NCBI GenBank assembly: GCA_964553715.1
Contig: CAZKKY010000002.1
Coordinates: forward strand, 26,311-90,310
DNA: 64,000 nt
Reading direction: 5' to 3'
Source of the DNA: an uncultured Rickettsiaceae bacterium
GTDB lineage: Bacteria; Pseudomonadota; Alphaproteobacteria; Rickettsiales; Rickettsiaceae
Shown: positions 62,340 through 64,000 of the stretch, piece by piece
Layout of the letters: each line of letters begins with the position of its first letter
Numbering within the stretch: the stretch's first letter is position 1
Notes under the pieces: model-generated
What the model saw: the letters and a program-made list of their open reading frames with translations, nothing else
What the model was told of the DNA's origin: nothing
Databases searched by the model: none
Made by a program: the position numbers and the translations under genes

Positions 62340-62969
62340 ATGGTAGATATTCTTCGCAGTCAAGGTATGATGGTAATTTTATCATCTCCATCAGGAGCTG
62401 GAAAATCTAGTTTATCTAAAGCATTAATAAAAAACGATCCCAATACACATTTATCGATTTCTGCTACAACCAGATCTATTAGACCAGGAGAAATACATGG
62501 TAAAGATTATCATTTTTTAGATCAAAATGACTTTCATAGTAAAATATCCAATAATGATTTTCTTGAATATGCATATGTTTTTGGCAATTATTATGGCACT
62601 CTATCTTTTGAAGTTGAATCTTACTTAGCAAAATCAATTGATGTAATTTTTGATATAGAATGGCAAGGTGCTAGAATTTTAAGGGAAAAAAAGCCTAATG
62701 ATGTTATCTCGATTTATATCCTTCCTCCATCTTTAGAAGTTTTAGAAGAAAGGCTTAATATGCGCAATCAAGATTCTGCTCTTACTATAGAAAGACGTAT
62801 GCACAAAGCTAGAGATGAGATTTCACATTATAACGAATATGATTACATAGTTATTAACGATAATTTTGATAGAGCTCTATCAGAGATACAAAATATTATC
62901 AGCGCAGAAAGATTAAGAAGAACAAGGCTTAGCGGAATTGATAATTTTGTAGATAATTTGTGTAAGTGA
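62340..62969 (+). CDS. gmk: Guanylate kinase
   Basis: 209 aa; P-loop SSPSGAGKSSL, TTR..R.GE..G.DYHF. Confidence 0.92.
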   Translation: MVDILRSQGMMVILSSPSGAGKSSLSKALIKNDPNTHLSISATTRSIRPGEIHGKDYHFLDQNDFHSKISNNDFLEYAYVFGNYYGTLSFEVESYLAKSIDVIFDIEWQGARILREKKPNDVISIYILPPSLEVLEERLNMRNQDSALTIERRMHKARDEISHYNEYDYIVINDNFDRALSEIQNIISAERLRRTRLSGIDNFVDNLCK

Positions 62970-64000
62970 CAGTGTCGAGCATAGCAATTTATATTCATTG
63001 GCCCTTTTGTTTATCTAAATGCCCATATTGTGATTTTAACTCTCATATCGCAAGTACCATTGATATTGCACAATGGAAAAATGCTTATTTAAAGGAAATA
63101 GAATATTTCAAAGATAAAATATCTGGTAGATATATCTCTTCTATATTTTTTGGGGGAGGCACTCCATCACTGATGGACCCTCATTTGATAGAATATGTCA
63201 TTACAAAACTCATGTCTATTGGCAAAATAGATGATAATACTGAAATTACTTTAGAAGCAAATCCTACATCTTCAGAGTCACAAAAATTTAAAGATTTTAG
63301 GTTATGTGGTGTTAATAGGATTTCCATAGGAGTACAATCATTAAGGACTAATGATTTAAAATTTTTAGGTAGAGAACATAATGTGCTAGAAGCAATCTCT
63401 GCAATAAATCTTGCACAAAAAATATTCGATCGCTCTTCTTTTGATCTTATATACGCAAGGCCTGGTCAGACTATGGATGACTGGCAAGAAGAATTAGAAG
63501 AAGTACTAAAATTAGCTACCAGTCATATTTCTCTTTATCAGCTCACTATTGAAAAAGGCACGGTATTTTATAAACAACATAAGAATAAAGATTTTATTTT
63601 GCCGGAAAACGATCTCGCAGCTGATATGTATGATTGGACAAACCAATATCTAGCAAACAATGGGTTTAGATGTTATGAGATCTCTAATTATGCAAAAACA
63701 GGGGAAGAATGTAGACATAATCTTACATATTGGAAGTATGGTGAATATATAGGTATTGGTCCTGGTGCTCATTCGAGAATTCAGTATAAGGATGGATATT
63801 TTGCATTAATGAATATACATAATCCTGAAAAATGGCTTAGGTCTGCTTGCATTGATGGCTCTGGACTGCAGATAAAACAAGCACTCTCTAATGAAGAACT
63901 AATAGATGAACTAATAATGATGGGCTTAAGATTAACAAATGGCATAGATGATTTACGTCTCTATGAACTTACATCTAAAAAATTTATTGATGCTTTAAAT
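62966..64000 (+). CDS. hemW: Radical-SAM heme chaperone HemW / oxygen-independent coproporphyrinogen-III-oxidase-like protein, partial (345 codons, runs off right edge)
   Basis: The GTG at 62966 overlaps the gmk stop. The product starts VTVSSIAIYIHWPFCLSKCPYCDFNSH (CxxxCxxC), with FFGGGTPS and SIGVQS. The frame is open to base 64000. It is not in the ORF track because it has no in-window stop. Confidence 0.88.
   Translation, partial: MTVSSIAIYIHWPFCLSKCPYCDFNSHIASTIDIAQWKNAYLKEIEYFKDKISGRYISSIFFGGGTPSLMDPHLIEYVITKLMSIGKIDDNTEITLEANPTSSESQKFKDFRLCGVNRISIGVQSLRTNDLKFLGREHNVLEAISAINLAQKIFDRSSFDLIYARPGQTMDDWQEELEEVLKLATSHISLYQLTIEKGTVFYKQHKNKDFILPENDLAADMYDWTNQYLANNGFRCYEISNYAKTGEECRHNLTYWKYGEYIGIGPGAHSRIQYKDGYFALMNIHNPEKWLRSACIDGSGLQIKQALSNEELIDELIMMGLRLTNGIDDLRLYELTSKKFIDALN

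Overview
AT-rich, gene-dense chromosomal window with the hallmarks of a reduced Rickettsiales (Rickettsiaceae-type) genome. These include a detached nuoABCD block, rpoD-dnaG, gltA-icd, a permuted two-piece tmRNA, an isolated virB8-virB9 pair, a Sca-like autotransporter, ankyrin and TPR proteins, and GC-rich palindromic intergenic repeats. I cannot assign the taxon more precisely from sequence alone. I support about 60 CDS, two of them open at the window edges and therefore absent from the ORF track: a TPR protein at 1-2202 (-) and hemW at 62966-64000 (+). I also support four tRNAs (Gln-UUG, Leu-CAA, Asn-GUU, Lys-UUU), one tmRNA, one TPP riboswitch, a few terminators and one repeat block. Most of the window is ordinary housekeeping. 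The best lead is a textbook TPP riboswitch aptamer (about 49695-49785), with a plausible promoter of its own, in front of a divergent ProP/MHS-like MFS permease (49833-51059). This makes the permease a candidate thiamine/TPP uptake system in an organism that shows no thiamine biosynthesis genes in this window. Secondary leads: an unlisted 58-aa VirB7-like lipoprotein ORF divergent from virB8-virB9; an intact, apparently orphan nadA beside an ankyrin gene on the 3' flank of tRNA-Gln; an ArgB-like protein with canonical kinase motifs replaced; tandem ankyrin paralogs next to ssrA; a modular GC-rich repeat mosaic upstream of a 1734-aa autotransporter; and long near-identical repeats inside that autotransporter. 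All functional calls rest on motif recognition by eye; no database search was run.
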